Part shown: piece after piece, positions 27,501-38,050 of the stretch
Layout of the letters: each line of letters opens with the position of its first letter
How positions within the stretch are numbered: the stretch's first letter is position 1
From: Gekko japonicus
Taxonomy: Eukaryota
DNA length: 57,692 bases
Reading direction: 5' to 3'
Assembly: GCF_001447785.1 (NCBI RefSeq)
Contig: NW_015168053.1
Span: 609,308-666,999 of the forward strand
Made by a program: the position numbers and the translations under genes
Notes under the pieces: model-generated
Databases searched by the model: none
The model's input: only the letters and a program-made list of their open reading frames with translations
Told to the model about the DNA's origin: nothing

Positions 27501-30500
27501 ATACAGTCCCTCACCTTGCCTGACAGAAGATCCATGATATAGGTAAAGTAGCTGACCAAGCCATAGACGGAGGGGTTGTAACGCAGACAAGAGGCATTCA
27601 CTGAAAGGAAAAAGGGAAAGAATGAATTAATTTCCCCATTCCCAGAGAATCCAGGGGCTAACTGAAGCTGTTATAGACCCTGCTATTAAATGCAGGAGTC
27701 CCAGAAAATAGATTTTAGCATAACATACTCTGATCGGTCCTATTTACTGAAGGTTTGCTACAGAGGCATAAAATCTGGCAATGCAGTGAAGGGGGAAGCT
27801 ATACCTGCAGAATTTCTACCTCTTGCACTGCCATTCAAAGTATGGAAGAGAAAGGATCTTGCTACATGGAGGTTTTCTTGTGGTTTGGGTGCCAACCTGC
27901 AACAGTTTTTCTCTGAGCTTCCTTATGTCCTTGTTTTTCTCTGTTTTCCTTGTTGCTTCTCTGCACTTTCTCAAATCACCTTTGATCGAATTTGAGAAAG
28001 CACAGCACAATAACAAATTGAAAACCAGAATGTGAAGAAAATCAGAGAAAACCCTCTGTGGCTTGACACCTAAACTGCGGGGGAAGCTTGTGTGAAAAGA
28101 CCCAAATATGAAACTAAGGATACAAACAATTGCAGGCATTTCAATTCACACTGACATCTGAAATCGTTTCTTCTTCAAGAAACTTGGGATTTCTGGCTCA
28201 TACTGACCTACCTGAGGTGTTGCTGCTTCGACTTGTCCAATTGAGGTGGAGGGCCTCAAATGCCGCATTAGGAGCGACCACAAATCCCACCACCAGTAAG
28301 GAGGCAACAAAGTTCATCAGGACCAAGAACCGTAGGAAGCTGAAATACGACTCGATCCCTGTTCCAAAGTGGCCTTTTGGGGAGCAAAAGATGAGAGCTG
28401 ACAATGTTAGGCTAGCCAGTACAACTTGCCCCCAAACCGATTCTGTGGGGATGATTGAGCACCACCCATACCTTCAATGTGGCGCAGTGTGCTCTTCCAC
28501 ATCACAGCATATGACATCACTGCACCCGCCTGGCTCTTGAAGTGGCGTAGCGTCCGTCTTTTCCCCGCGCGCCAGAGCTGCCAACCGCTCAGCCTGCTGG
28601 CTGCCTGCTCCTGCAGAACCCTGAGGAGAACCCAAAAGTCTTGTGCGTGCTTCAGAACATACAAAGAGCCTTGCTGGATCAGACCAGTCGTCCATCTAGT
28701 CCAGCTTCCTGTCTCACACAGTGGCCAGACAGTTCCTCTGCAGGTCCAACAAGAGGGCATAAAGGCCGAGGTCTTCCCCTGATATTGCCTCCTGGCACAG
28801 ATATTCAAAAATTGACTGCCTCTGAACCTGGAGGTTCCTTTTAGTCACCATGGCAAGCAGCCATTATATAGGTCTGTCTACCTAGGGAGCCACTGATAGA
28901 CCTGTCCTCCATGCTTGGACCTTTCCTTCTTGAAGGCTATGAAAGAGAACCCCACAGCTTTTCTGAGCTTACAGAATCTTCCACAGAAACATGGCAGTGG
29001 AAAGTGCGGTCAAGCCACAGCTGACTTATGGTGACCCCTTGTGGTTTTCAAGGCAAGAGATGTTCAGAGTGGTGTGCCGTTGCCTGCCACTGTGTGGCGA
29101 CCCTTGTCTTCCTTGGCGGTCTCCCAGCCAAACACCAACCAGGGCTAAAATCCTGCTTCGCTTCCCTGATCAGATGAAATCAGGCTAGCCTGGGCCATCC
29201 AGGTCAGGGCCCACAGGAACACACCACATCGATTATGAGCTGGTGGTGAAGCATGGTGCTTAGCTGCGCAATCTACCCACTAAGAGGGATTGCATCTCCT
29301 TGGCAACCATCCACGGCTGCCCAGAGGCCAACTCACTTCATGAAACCCATTTTGTTCCCAGGTGTTGTTTCCAGAGGTCATTTCGGGGGGGATCGCGGGG
29401 GATCGCAGTTCCCCCGGGTGAGGTACGGGGGGCGGGGCACATGACGAAGCCCCGCCCCCTGCTTCCGGCCGCCCCGCTTCCAGCCCTCATTCAGCCAGGA
29501 GGAGGCAGGAGAAGAGGGAGGGTAAGTTGCTTCCTCCCCGCCTCTCCCCACCCCTGCCTGCCTGGGGCCAGGGAGGGCCTTCGCGGGGCTTCCTTGCACT
29601 CCTGCCGGCCTTGCAGGTCCACCGCCGGGCCCCTCATGGGGCTCGGCAGTGGAGCTGCAAGGCCGCCGGCGGCGGCCGGGACCGTTGGGGGCGGGGTGTG
29701 TGGCCTTATGACACACTTCCGGTGATGTCAGGGGGTGTGGCATATGCTAATGAGCTATGCTAATGAGTTCCCCTAGCTCTTTTTCTACGAAACGACCCCT
29801 GGTCGTTTCCCAGAATCCTCTGCCACAAGGCAACTCAAGAACTCCAGGAGGAAGCTTCACTCTCTCAACAGTTTTAGATATCTATCCCCTTTACCCTCTC
29901 CTTGAGAACCCAGGCATCCTGCATGCCTTTAAACCCCTTCTAGGGTTCCCAACCTCCAGGTGGAGGCTGGAGATCTCCCTCTGTTCTAACTGATCTCCAG
30001 CGACAGAGATCACCTGGAGAAAATGGCCACTTTGGAAGGTGGATTCTGTGGAATTATGCCCCAAACTCCACCCCCCCTCAGGCTCCACCCCCCAAATCTC
30101 CAGGTATTTCTCAACCCAGAGTTGGCAACTCTACCCCCCTACAAAAGAACTCAGCTGCTACCTGAGCCTCCGTTTTTCCTCAAGGCAGAGGGGCAGCTCT
30201 CTCAGAGGTTTTCTGTCTTCCTCTTCCTCCCCCTCCGCATAAGGTGGCGCCTGTTCCTGGGGATCATCCGCCAAGGGCTCCGCTGCCCCCTCCACAGCTG
30301 CTCCCCAGGCCTCTGCCTTGTTGCCACGGAAACGCAGGGTCTGGTTGCTCGGTAGCTGGAGAAAGAGAGAGGGGCCAGGGCGACCCAGGCCAGACCCTGG
30401 AGAAAGGATGCAGAATGGGATTTGGTGCATTCGTGGGTCAGAGAGAAGCGGTCCACCTGATAACAAGCCCCCTGATATGAAAGGACAGTCCATAAGCCAC

Positions 30501-33500
30501 AGTTTGTCACAGTCAGAGAGGTTCACTCTGTAAGCGTTTCAGAACCAGTGTGATATATCGGGATACAATCTGGGATACCCACATCTGAATCCCCATGGAA
30601 TCTCACTGGGTGATCTCGAGCCGGTCAGTCAGCCTAACCTACCTCACAGGGTTGTTGTGAGGATAAAACAGAGTAGGGGAGAACAATCTTTGGTTCCCCA
30701 TGGGGTTATAGCTAAATAACAAATGAAAGTGAATCAGAGAGAGTAATTTTCCATCTCCACTTGCGGAGCTTCATGGTTGGGCAGAGATTGTAAAACCCTG
30801 TGAAGGGCACTGCTGGATCTGACCCAAGTTAATCTGAATGCCAGCAGTGGCTTCCTAAGTGGTTCTGGGGAGCTTCCCAAGAGGGCATGAAGAGAGGAAT
30901 CTTCCTTTGCAGCTGCTGCTTAGCCACTGATATTCAGGGGCATGTCTTATATTGTAATAGCAAAGTCGACCAATGTTTGGATACTTAAATCCAGAGACTG
31001 GAGCTGTGAGTGGGCAAGGCAGATCTTTTACAAACCTGAAAAGGGACCCAGGTTTGCAGAAAAATGTGAAAACAAAAACAAAAACAAAACACCAAAACGA
31101 GGCCTTTAAAAAATAAAAAAATAATGTAAAAGGAACACCTGTAGCTTTAAGCAACAGGTTCCCTCAGTGACTGCTGCTAGGCAACCACAGTATTCCATGA
31201 TGGGATGGGTTCTGTCCGTAAGAGGCAGGGGGAGGAAACAGGGCCCTTTCCAGGCCTATTTTGGCCTTTGAGGGAGGACTCATTAGGGCCAGGCCTGACT
31301 TACCGTTGCCAGCTCCAAGTTGGGAAGTTCCTGGAGATTCTGCGATGGAGTCTGAGGAGACCAGGGTTTGGGGAGGGGAGAGGCCTCAGCTGGATATAGT
31401 GCCATATAGTCCACCCTCTAAAGCAGCCATTTTCTCCAGGGGGACAGATCTCTGTCATCTGGAGTTCAGTTGTAATTCTGGGGTATCTCCAGGTCCCACC
31501 TGGAGGTTGGCAATCCTGGCAGACCCTCTGGGTGATTTGATGCCACTTGACTTCTATGACTCAACCAGGCCTGGCTGCTTGCTACTGATCAGTAGCAGCC
31601 ACCCTGTGAAAGCCAGTGTAGTAAAGCAGTCAGAGCTTCAGAGTAGGGTCTGGGAGACCCAGGTTCATCATATCCCCATCTTGCTGTGAAAGCTCACTGC
31701 GTGTTTTTGGACCAGTCACATACTTTCAGCCTAATATACCCCACAGGGTTGTTGTGTGGATAAAAAGGAGGAGAGAAGAATAACATAGGCAGCTGTGGTC
31801 CCCACTGTGGGGAAAGGCAGGGTATAAATGAAGTAAATAAATAATAAATATAGCTGAAGATGGGAGGCAGATAAAATATAGGCTGGTGAATGGCTGAGAA
31901 GGAAAGTTTTCCTAAGGAGAGGCTGCTGGGGGGAGGAGAGGGAAAGTTTAAAACAGAAGGGCAGAGAAGGAAGTGGGGTTGCCAACTCCAGGTTAGAAAA
32001 TTCCTGAAGATTTGGGGGTGGGACCTGAGGAGGGTGGGGCTTGGGGAGGGGAGGGACCTCACAAGGGTATAACGCCATAGACTGCTCACTCCAAAGCAGC
32101 CATTTCCTCCAGGGGAACTAGGATTGCCAACCTCCAGGTGGGGGCTGAAGATCACCCAGAACTACAACTGTTCTCCAGTTGTCAGAGAGCAGTTGCCCTG
32201 GAGAAAATGGCTGCTTTGGAGGGTAGGCTCTATGGCATTATATCCTGCTAAGGTTGTTTCCCTCCCCAAACTTCACCCTGCCAAGGCTCCACCCCCAAAT
32301 ATCCACGGATTTCCCAACCTGGAGCTGGCAACCCTAAGGGAAACTGATCTCTGTAGCTGGAAGTAGTGTTGTGATTTCCAGGAGATCTCCAGGCCCTACC
32401 TGGAGGTTGGCAACCCTAGAAAGAGGGAAGGAAGTGGGAAAGGAGAAAGACTGGGGGATTTCAGGAAAGGGGGAATGGAAATAGTGGGAAGGGAAAATGA
32501 GATGCTTTCTGCAAGTCCTTGCGGGTTCCCCCTTGTTACCTCCAAAGACTGAAATTTCTGGCTAGTAGCTGCAGAGAGAATTACTCCTCCATAAATGTGT
32601 CTAATCCCCTCTTCCAGCCCCCTCGCCTCCCTCCTCCCCCTGCCATCACCACATCTTTTCACTTCCGAGGTCAAGTGCATCCCTTGGTCTGTCCTCAGTC
32701 GATTGCTATCAATTGGATTGGGTGACCCCAATTTCTAGTGTCTCTGGAAAAGAGGGAAGCATTACACCCACTGTCTTGCTGCCATGTGCAGTTGTATACA
32801 CTTCTCTCAGCTATCTTCTCTCTGAATCAAAAAGCCTCAAACGCCTTTCATTATAGGAACGATTCTCCACCTGTTTTGCTTACCCTTTTCCTGCATCTTT
32901 CCCAGCCGGAGGGCAGACAAGAGGCCTCCCCACTTCCCGTGTTCAGGGGGGCTGCAGGGCTTCTTTTTAAAGACAGGAGACCAAAGCTGGACACAACCTT
33001 CCAAATGCAGCTTTTAAATGTATCTGCTGGCACTACGATGCCAGTTGCTTTATTCTCAGTTTTGCTTCTAATACTCTTTGTTGGGAAATTACTCTTTGTC
33101 CACCTGTTCAATATGCTTTCTGCAAGTCCTTGCGGGTTCCCCCTTGTTACCTCCAAAGACTGAAATTTCTGGCTAGTAGCTGCAGAGAGAATTACTCCTC
33201 CATAAATGTGTCTAATCCCCTCTTCCAGCCCCCTGGCCTCCCTCCTCCCCCTGCCATCACCACATCTTTTCACTTCCGAGGTCAAGTGCATCCCTTGGTC
33301 TGTCCTCAGTCGATTGCTATCAATTGGATTGGGTGACCCCAATTTCTAGTGTCTCTGGAAAAGAGGGAAGCATTACACCCACTGTCTTGCTGCCATGTGC
33401 AGTTGTATACACTTCTCTCAGCTATCTTCTCTCTGAATCAAAAAGCCTCAAACGCCTTTCATTATAGGAACGATTCTCCACCTGTTTTGCTTACCCTTTT

Positions 33501-35841
33501 CCTGCATCTTTCCCAGCCGGAGGGCAGACAAGAGGCCTCCCCACTTCCCGTGTTCAGGGGGGCTGCAGGGCTTCTTTTTAAAGACAGGAGACCAGAGCTG
33601 GACACAACCTTCCAAATGCAGCTTTTAAATGTATCTGCTGGCGCTACGATGCCAGTTGCTTTATTCTCAGTTCCGCTCCTAATACTCTTTGTTGGGAAAG
33701 TACTCTTTGTCCACCTGTTCATTTTGATACATTTCTATTGCAAATGTTTCCCTAGACACCCTGCTACCATTAACACTGATATCTTGCATCCCTTTCCAAA
33801 TGCCCTTTTTATGCACAGGGTTGTTTTTTTTAACTACCATTAAGGATTGTCATTGGATGCTGCTTGCAAAGCTCTATCTCCAGTTTAAGAGACAAAAGCA
33901 TTTCTACCCTCTTAGGGATCAGTCATGCGAGTCTGGATACTTCCCTCTCCTGTCACCGTACTACCACCCTTAGAAATCAATTTTGATATTAAGACCCAGC
34001 CTTCTGGTTCTATTGTGGGCCAAATTTTACTTCAGTTTGACTTATCCCAAGCCATCTTATTTATTTAAAGATTTATACTCCACTTTTCTCCCCAGCGGGG
34101 ACCCAAAGTGGCCTATAATACCTTTCACCGCTCCTCTATTTTATCCTCACAACAAACCCGCAAGGTAGGTTAGGCTGAGAAAGTATGACAGGCTTACGTT
34201 CTCCTAGCAAGTTTCCATGGCACGATGGGAATCTGAACCCGGGTTGTCCAGATCCTAAGCCAGCACTATAACACTACACCATACTGACTTAAAAAAAAAA
34301 AAAAAAGATTGTTTCTGTCTAGATCCTGTGATATGACTCTTATGCTAGAAGTGACCTCTCTTTATAAATGTTTATCCCACTCTTCCTTCAAGGAGCGCGG
34401 GGAGGTGTACATGTTTCTTCCTTCCCTTGTTTTGTTTGATTCTCACAGCCCCGTGAGGTAGGCTAGGCCATGGGACTAGGCCCAATGTTACTCTGATAGG
34501 TTTATCAGGTCTGGGTTGGAAAATACCTGGAGACTCTGGGGGTGGACCCAGGAGCAACGTTCCCTCTAAGCTGTGGAGTCTTGTGAGCAAAAATTATACT
34601 TTATGAGCTCCTGGCATTAAAGTTGTGAGCGAGCGATTTGGCTGCTGCATAAATTAGTTTGCTCTGGAGCCCTCCTTCCTGAGCGAAGACCAAAATGTGT
34701 GAGCTGGCTTTTCTCCCCAGCGGGGACCCAAAGTGGCCTATAATACCTTTCACCGCTCCTCTATTTTATCCTCACAACAAACCCGCAAGGTAGGTTAGGC
34801 TGAGAAAGTATGACTGGCTTAAGTTCACCTAGCAAGTTTCCATGGCACGATGGGAATCTGAACCTGGGTTGTCCAGATCCTGAGCCAGCACTATAACACT
34901 ACACCATACTGGCTTTTTTTTTTTAAGATTGTTTCTGTCTAGATCCTGTGATATGACTCTTATGCTAGAAGTGACCTCTTTTTATAAATCTTTATCCCAC
35001 TCTTCCATCAAGGAGCATGGGGAGGTGTACATGTTTTTTCCTTCCCTCGTTTGATTCTCGCAGCCCTGTGAGATAGGCTAGGCCAAGAGTGGGACTAGGC
35101 CCAATGTTACTCAGATAGGTTTATCAGGTCTGGGTTGGAAAATACCTGGAGACTCTGGGGGTGGACCCAGGAGCAACATTCCCTCTAAGCTGTGGAGTCT
35201 TGTGAGCAAAAATTATACTTTATGAGCTCCTGGCATTAAAGTTGTGAGCGAGCGATTTGGCTGCTGCNNNNNNNNNNNNNNNNNNNNNNNNNNNNNNNNN
35301 NNNNNNNNNNTTGCCAGGTCTGGGTTGGAAAATACCTGGAGACTTTGGGGGTGCATCCAGGAGGGGAGGGGCCTCAGCATGGTCCAATGGCACAGAGTCC
35401 ACCCTTCAAAGCAGCCATTTTCTCCAGGGGAGCTGATCTCTGTCAGCTGGAGATCAGTTGTAAAAGCGGGAGATCTCCAGGCCCCAGGCTGGCAACCCTA
35501 TACCCTGAGAGCTCCATGGCACACCAGGGCATTTGAACCCGAGTCTGCCCAGTCCCATTGCGTGTAATACCTACATTACACTGGCTGCCCCTTACCTTTG
35601 AAGGCAAGCCACCCATCTCTTAGTCTAAAGCCATTTTAAAACCCACTGCCCTGTGTGGTGTATGCTTCATGCTCAGCAGGAGCTGAGAAAATAATCTTGC
35701 TGACAGTGAAAGAGTTACAACTGAGACAGTGGAATAAACCTGCTAGAAATCCTTGAACCCAGCCAGAAGAGGAGGAAGCTTACCCCCCATACCTGCTTCA
35801 TCGCTCCTGGTCCCCAGACTCCTTTCCCGGCTGTCCTCCAT
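15484..35841 (-). CDS. TMC4: Transmembrane channel-like protein 4, 16 coding exons, 716 aa
   Basis: complement(join(15484..15537,16124..16202,16367..16522,17503..17633,18447..18633,20744..20841,22012..22135,23605..23768,24131..24304,27009..27156,27276..27421,27515..27600,28212..28373,28472..28620,30162..30396,35784..35841)) = 2151 nt, open. TMC signature [30 protein letters not shown] and [10 protein letters not shown]; sits between LENG1 and MBOAT7. Confidence 0.94.
16124..16202 (-). CDS. TMC4: TMC4 exon ([26 protein letters not shown])
   Basis: ttcaag acceptor, CTG|gtgagt donor. Confidence 0.92.
16367..16522 (-). CDS. TMC4: TMC4 exon ([12 protein letters not shown]...VPLFLLL)
   Basis: ctacag acceptor, AG|gtgaga donor. 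Confidence 0.94.
16750..17020 (-). mobile_element. Squam3-like SINE
   Basis: (AGA)n tail, then body matching the 3712-4000 family in reverse. Confidence 0.8.
17503..17633 (-). CDS. TMC4: TMC4 exon ([23 protein letters not shown]...)
   Basis: ttctag acceptor, GC|gtaagt donor. Confidence 0.93.
18447..18633 (-). CDS. TMC4: TMC4 exon (MLVTYLP...[17 protein letters not shown]...YLKK)
   Basis: ttccag acceptor, AAG|gtgagt donor. Confidence 0.95.
20247..20440 (+). mobile_element. 5S rRNA-derived SINE
   Basis: Same family as 688-905; further copies at 26622-26820 (+), 28990-29210 (-), 41960-42120 (-). Confidence 0.7.
20744..20841 (-). CDS. TMC4: TMC4 exon ([13 protein letters not shown]...EFPRK)
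   Basis: ttccag acceptor, AA|gtaagt donor. Confidence 0.95.
21240..21635 (+). mobile_element. Two adjacent TAGGGTTGCC-ended MITE copies (hAT-like)
   Basis: Two copies of the ctggagatttgg...gccatagagtccacc.tccaaag...ggagatcagttgtaat body; right end ggcaacctta. Confidence 0.7.
22012..22135 (-). CDS. TMC4: TMC4 exon (NVFLRLASL...CGYSRLFL)
   Basis: ggtag acceptor, CTG|gtgagg donor. Confidence 0.92.
22778..22995 (+). mobile_element. TAGGGTTGCC...GGCAACCC MITE, full copy
   Basis: Terminal inverted repeats; same family at 22220-22432, 29941-30135, 31305-31516, 31975-32420, 35311-35500, 36580-36782, 51817-51990. Confidence 0.75.
23605..23768 (-). CDS. TMC4: TMC4 exon (DNSPVK...YLPSIVIT...KITLLR)
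   Basis: ctgcag acceptor, AG|gtacag donor. Confidence 0.92.
24131..24304 (-). CDS. TMC4: TMC4 exon ([11 protein letters not shown]...RLVGS)
   Basis: ctgcag acceptor, TCG|gtaaag donor. Confidence 0.9.
25300..26499 (+). mobile_element. hAT (Charlie-like) MITE with a nested ~660-bp insertion
   Basis: caggggtgtcaaac ... tttgacactccca TIRs; insertion at 25767-26424 is absent from the related copy at 37486-37854. Confidence 0.75.
27009..27156 (-). CDS. TMC4: TMC4 exon (SVYWLKRS...KVFAGWDF...YELR)
   Basis: cctcag acceptor, CGG|gtaaga donor. Confidence 0.93.
27276..27421 (-). CDS. TMC4: TMC4 exon ([13 protein letters not shown]...WIVR)
   Basis: ctacag acceptor, AG|gtgaga donor. Confidence 0.92.
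27515..27600 (-). CDS. TMC4: TMC4 exon ([10 protein letters not shown]...DLLSGK)
   Basis: tttcag acceptor, AAG|gtgagg donor. Confidence 0.9.
28212..28373 (-). CDS. TMC4: TMC4 exon ([17 protein letters not shown]...)
   Basis: aaaag acceptor, G|gtaggt donor. Confidence 0.93.
28472..28620 (-). CDS. TMC4: TMC4 exon (VLQEQAAS...WKSTLRHIE)
   Basis: cctcag acceptor, G|gtatgg donor. Confidence 0.9.
28655..28900 (-). mobile_element. CR1-like LINE 3' end
   Basis: agaacat..aagagcc.tgctggatcagaccag..gtccatctagtccagc; related fragments at 5010-5090 (+) and 54060-54270 (+). Confidence 0.6.
29372..29801. mobile_element. hAT-type MITE with 8-bp TSD (gttgtttc/gtcgtttc)
   Basis: cagaggtcatttcg ... cgaaacgacccctg TIRs; sister copy at 39812-40139. 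Confidence 0.8.
30162..30396 (-). CDS. TMC4: TMC4 exon ([23 protein letters not shown]...EEKRRLR)
   Basis: ctccag acceptor, AG|gtagca donor. Confidence 0.88.
32502..33721. repeat. 611-bp near-identical tandem duplication
   Basis: atgctttctgcaagtccttg starts at 32502 and 33113; paired ORFs in the track are almost identical. Confidence 0.93.
34084..35267. repeat. ~625-bp-period tandem duplication ending at an assembly gap
   Basis: tttctccccagcggggacccaaagtggcc at ~34084 and ~34709. Confidence 0.88.
35268..35310. other. Assembly gap (43 N)
   Basis: Run of N. Confidence 1.
35784..35841 (-). CDS. TMC4: TMC4 putative first coding exon ([19 protein letters not shown])
   Basis: Strong Kozak gcagccATGG; phase-1 donor G|gtaagc matches the next exon. 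Confidence 0.7.
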
Positions 35842-37142
35842 GGCTGCAAGCTTAGCCTGTTGTCATGTGGTGTACTTCACCCCTTGTCAGCAGCAAGAGG
35901 TGGAACAAGGAACAAGGAAGTGAGAAGGCGCAGGCTGGCATGGATTAATGATTTCTTCGGATGGTTTGCCCCATAGACAAAGGCAGGCACTTGGCAAAGA
36001 GTCGCCGGAACAGAGACTGAGAGGCAGCAGCAGCGGATTTCTGTGCTCACTCTCCAAGGCAGAGCTGCCACTGGGACCTTCAAGCTGTGAAAGAAAGCCT
36101 TTCCCACATTGTACAACATCTGACCTGGGCTCGCCACACGCAAGTGCACAGCAGAGAGCGACAAATTGTCCATCTCCCTGGCAAGTGCTCCTGTACGACA
36201 CTGGCTAGCAAATACTTCTCTGTTGCGTTTCGTACTTCATATATTCCTGTGTGCACTTGAAACGTCTTAGGGGGCTGCCTCAAAACTGTGAGGTGGGAAG
36301 CAGCCCACAGTCCTCAGTGACAAAGGCATGGATGCTCTAAATCACAGCGCACACATGCCCCCGACAACTCCCCGGGTGCCCACTATGAGTTTTTAGGAAG
36401 TGGGCGGAACCAGGTGGGGGCTTTTGCCCAGCAAGGCTTCTGGGTAATCATTAGAGAGCTGATTGGCTGTGCAGTCTTTCAAAACATCATTTTGGCGGCA
36501 GCTGCCAGCGCGGCATGAGGATCTCCATGGTGTGACTGAAGGCAGGCTGCGGCAGCCGTTTTGTGGCCTGCGGCAGCCATATTGCCAGCTTTCTGGGTTG
36601 GGAAAGACCTGGAGATTTGGGCAGTGGAGTTTGGGGAAGGAGGGGCCTCGGCAGGGTACAATGCCATAGAGTCCCCCCTCCACAACAGCCATTTCCTCTG
36701 GGGGAACTGATCTTTGTCGTCTGGAGATCAATTCTGATACCAGGAGATCTCCAGGCCCCACCTGGAGGTTGGCAGCCCTAGGTTGCACACATCAGGCTCT
36801 GTCAGAACTCCAAAAGTGCCCGCAGGCTCAAAAAGCGTGGAGACTTCTGCTCTGTATTAATATACACATCCATGAAAGATGTAGCACAACATAGTGGCCA
36901 TAGTGGCAAAGGCAACGTCTCAGGTCTCCTCAGAGGAGGGGAGAATCTTGGGAACCCCCCACCTAGATCCATGCAGTTTCCATATCCCTGCACTACAGGT
37001 ACTTAAGCCTGTGGGTGACTAGAGGCATGGGCCGTTCAGCACGAACCAGTGATCTTGGCCCAGGGCTCATAGCTGGTGGCTCTGGCTGAGCCAGGCCAGT
37101 GGTTCCAGGATCAGCCCAGCATCTTGGCATATTCTATAAGAA

Positions 37143-37408
37143 GGGGAGGAGATTGGATTTATACCCCGTCCTTCGCTTGGAGTCTCAGAGCGGCTTACAA
37201 ACTCCTTTCCCTTCCCCTCCCCACAACAGACACCCTGTGAGGTAGGTGGGGCTGAGAGAACTCTGACACAAACGGCTCTTTTTCAAGAACAGCTCTGACA
37301 GAACTATGGCTTGCCCAAGGTCATCCAGCAGCCGCAAGTGGAAGAGTGGGGAATCAAACTCGGTTCTCCTAGAGTCCGCGCACTTAACCACTACACCAAA
37401 CTGGCTCT
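37143..37408 (-). mobile_element. Squam3-like SINE, full length
   Basis: Ends cttaaccactacaccaaactggc (reverse of the family head). Confidence 0.8.
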
Positions 37409-37485
37409 CTTTGTGTTCATCTAAATTGCATTTTTGTGTTTCCTTGTGAACTGTTTTGAGTCCCCGGTGGTAGAAAAACCTTAAT

Positions 37486-37854
37486 CAGGGGTGTCAAACA
37501 TATGGCCTGTGGGCCAGAACTGGCCTATCCAGGGCTCTTATCCAGCCCACAAGCAACTGTTGACAGATCAGAGGCTGTGCATTATGTCCCTGTATACTGT
37601 CCCAATGCTAATGGGTGGTGGAAGCAAGAGGGCGGGCATCAGGGAGGTACCGTAAGGAAATATTGTAAGAATGTTTTAAGCATGTTTGTATTTTGAGTAC
37701 AAAATAATATCGTTAATTGGGCTTGCCCGTGTCCTTTATAAAGCTTATATCTCTGGTACCTGGCATTACATTTTATGGCACACGTGGCCTGGCCCAACAA
37801 AGTGATATTTATAATCACATCTGGCCCTCATAACAAATGAGTTTGACACCTCTG
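37486..37854 (+). mobile_element. hAT (Charlie-like) MITE with TSD accttaat/acctaaat
   Basis: caggggtgtcaaac ... gtttgacacctctg TIRs. Confidence 0.8.
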
Positions 37855-38007
37855 ACCTAAATGATTCTCTCAGCCACCAATTCACCAGGCACCCTTGGGT
37901 AGGCCATTCTAAGACCCAGGGTGATGCAGGGCCTAGAGTGTTGGACTAGGCCTGGAAAGGGCCGGGTTCCAGTCACCCCTTAGCTCATTCGGTAACGTTG
38001 AGCCCAA

Positions 38008-38050
38008 NNNNNNNNNNNNNNNNNNNNNNNNNNNNNNNNNNNNNNNNNNN
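38008..38050. other. Assembly gap (43 N)
   Basis: Run of N. Confidence 1.

Noticed and set aside
32738-33843. Duplicated 141-aa and 164-aa ORFs as a tandem gene pair
   Set aside because: They arise from the intronic tandem duplication and have no recognisable domain.
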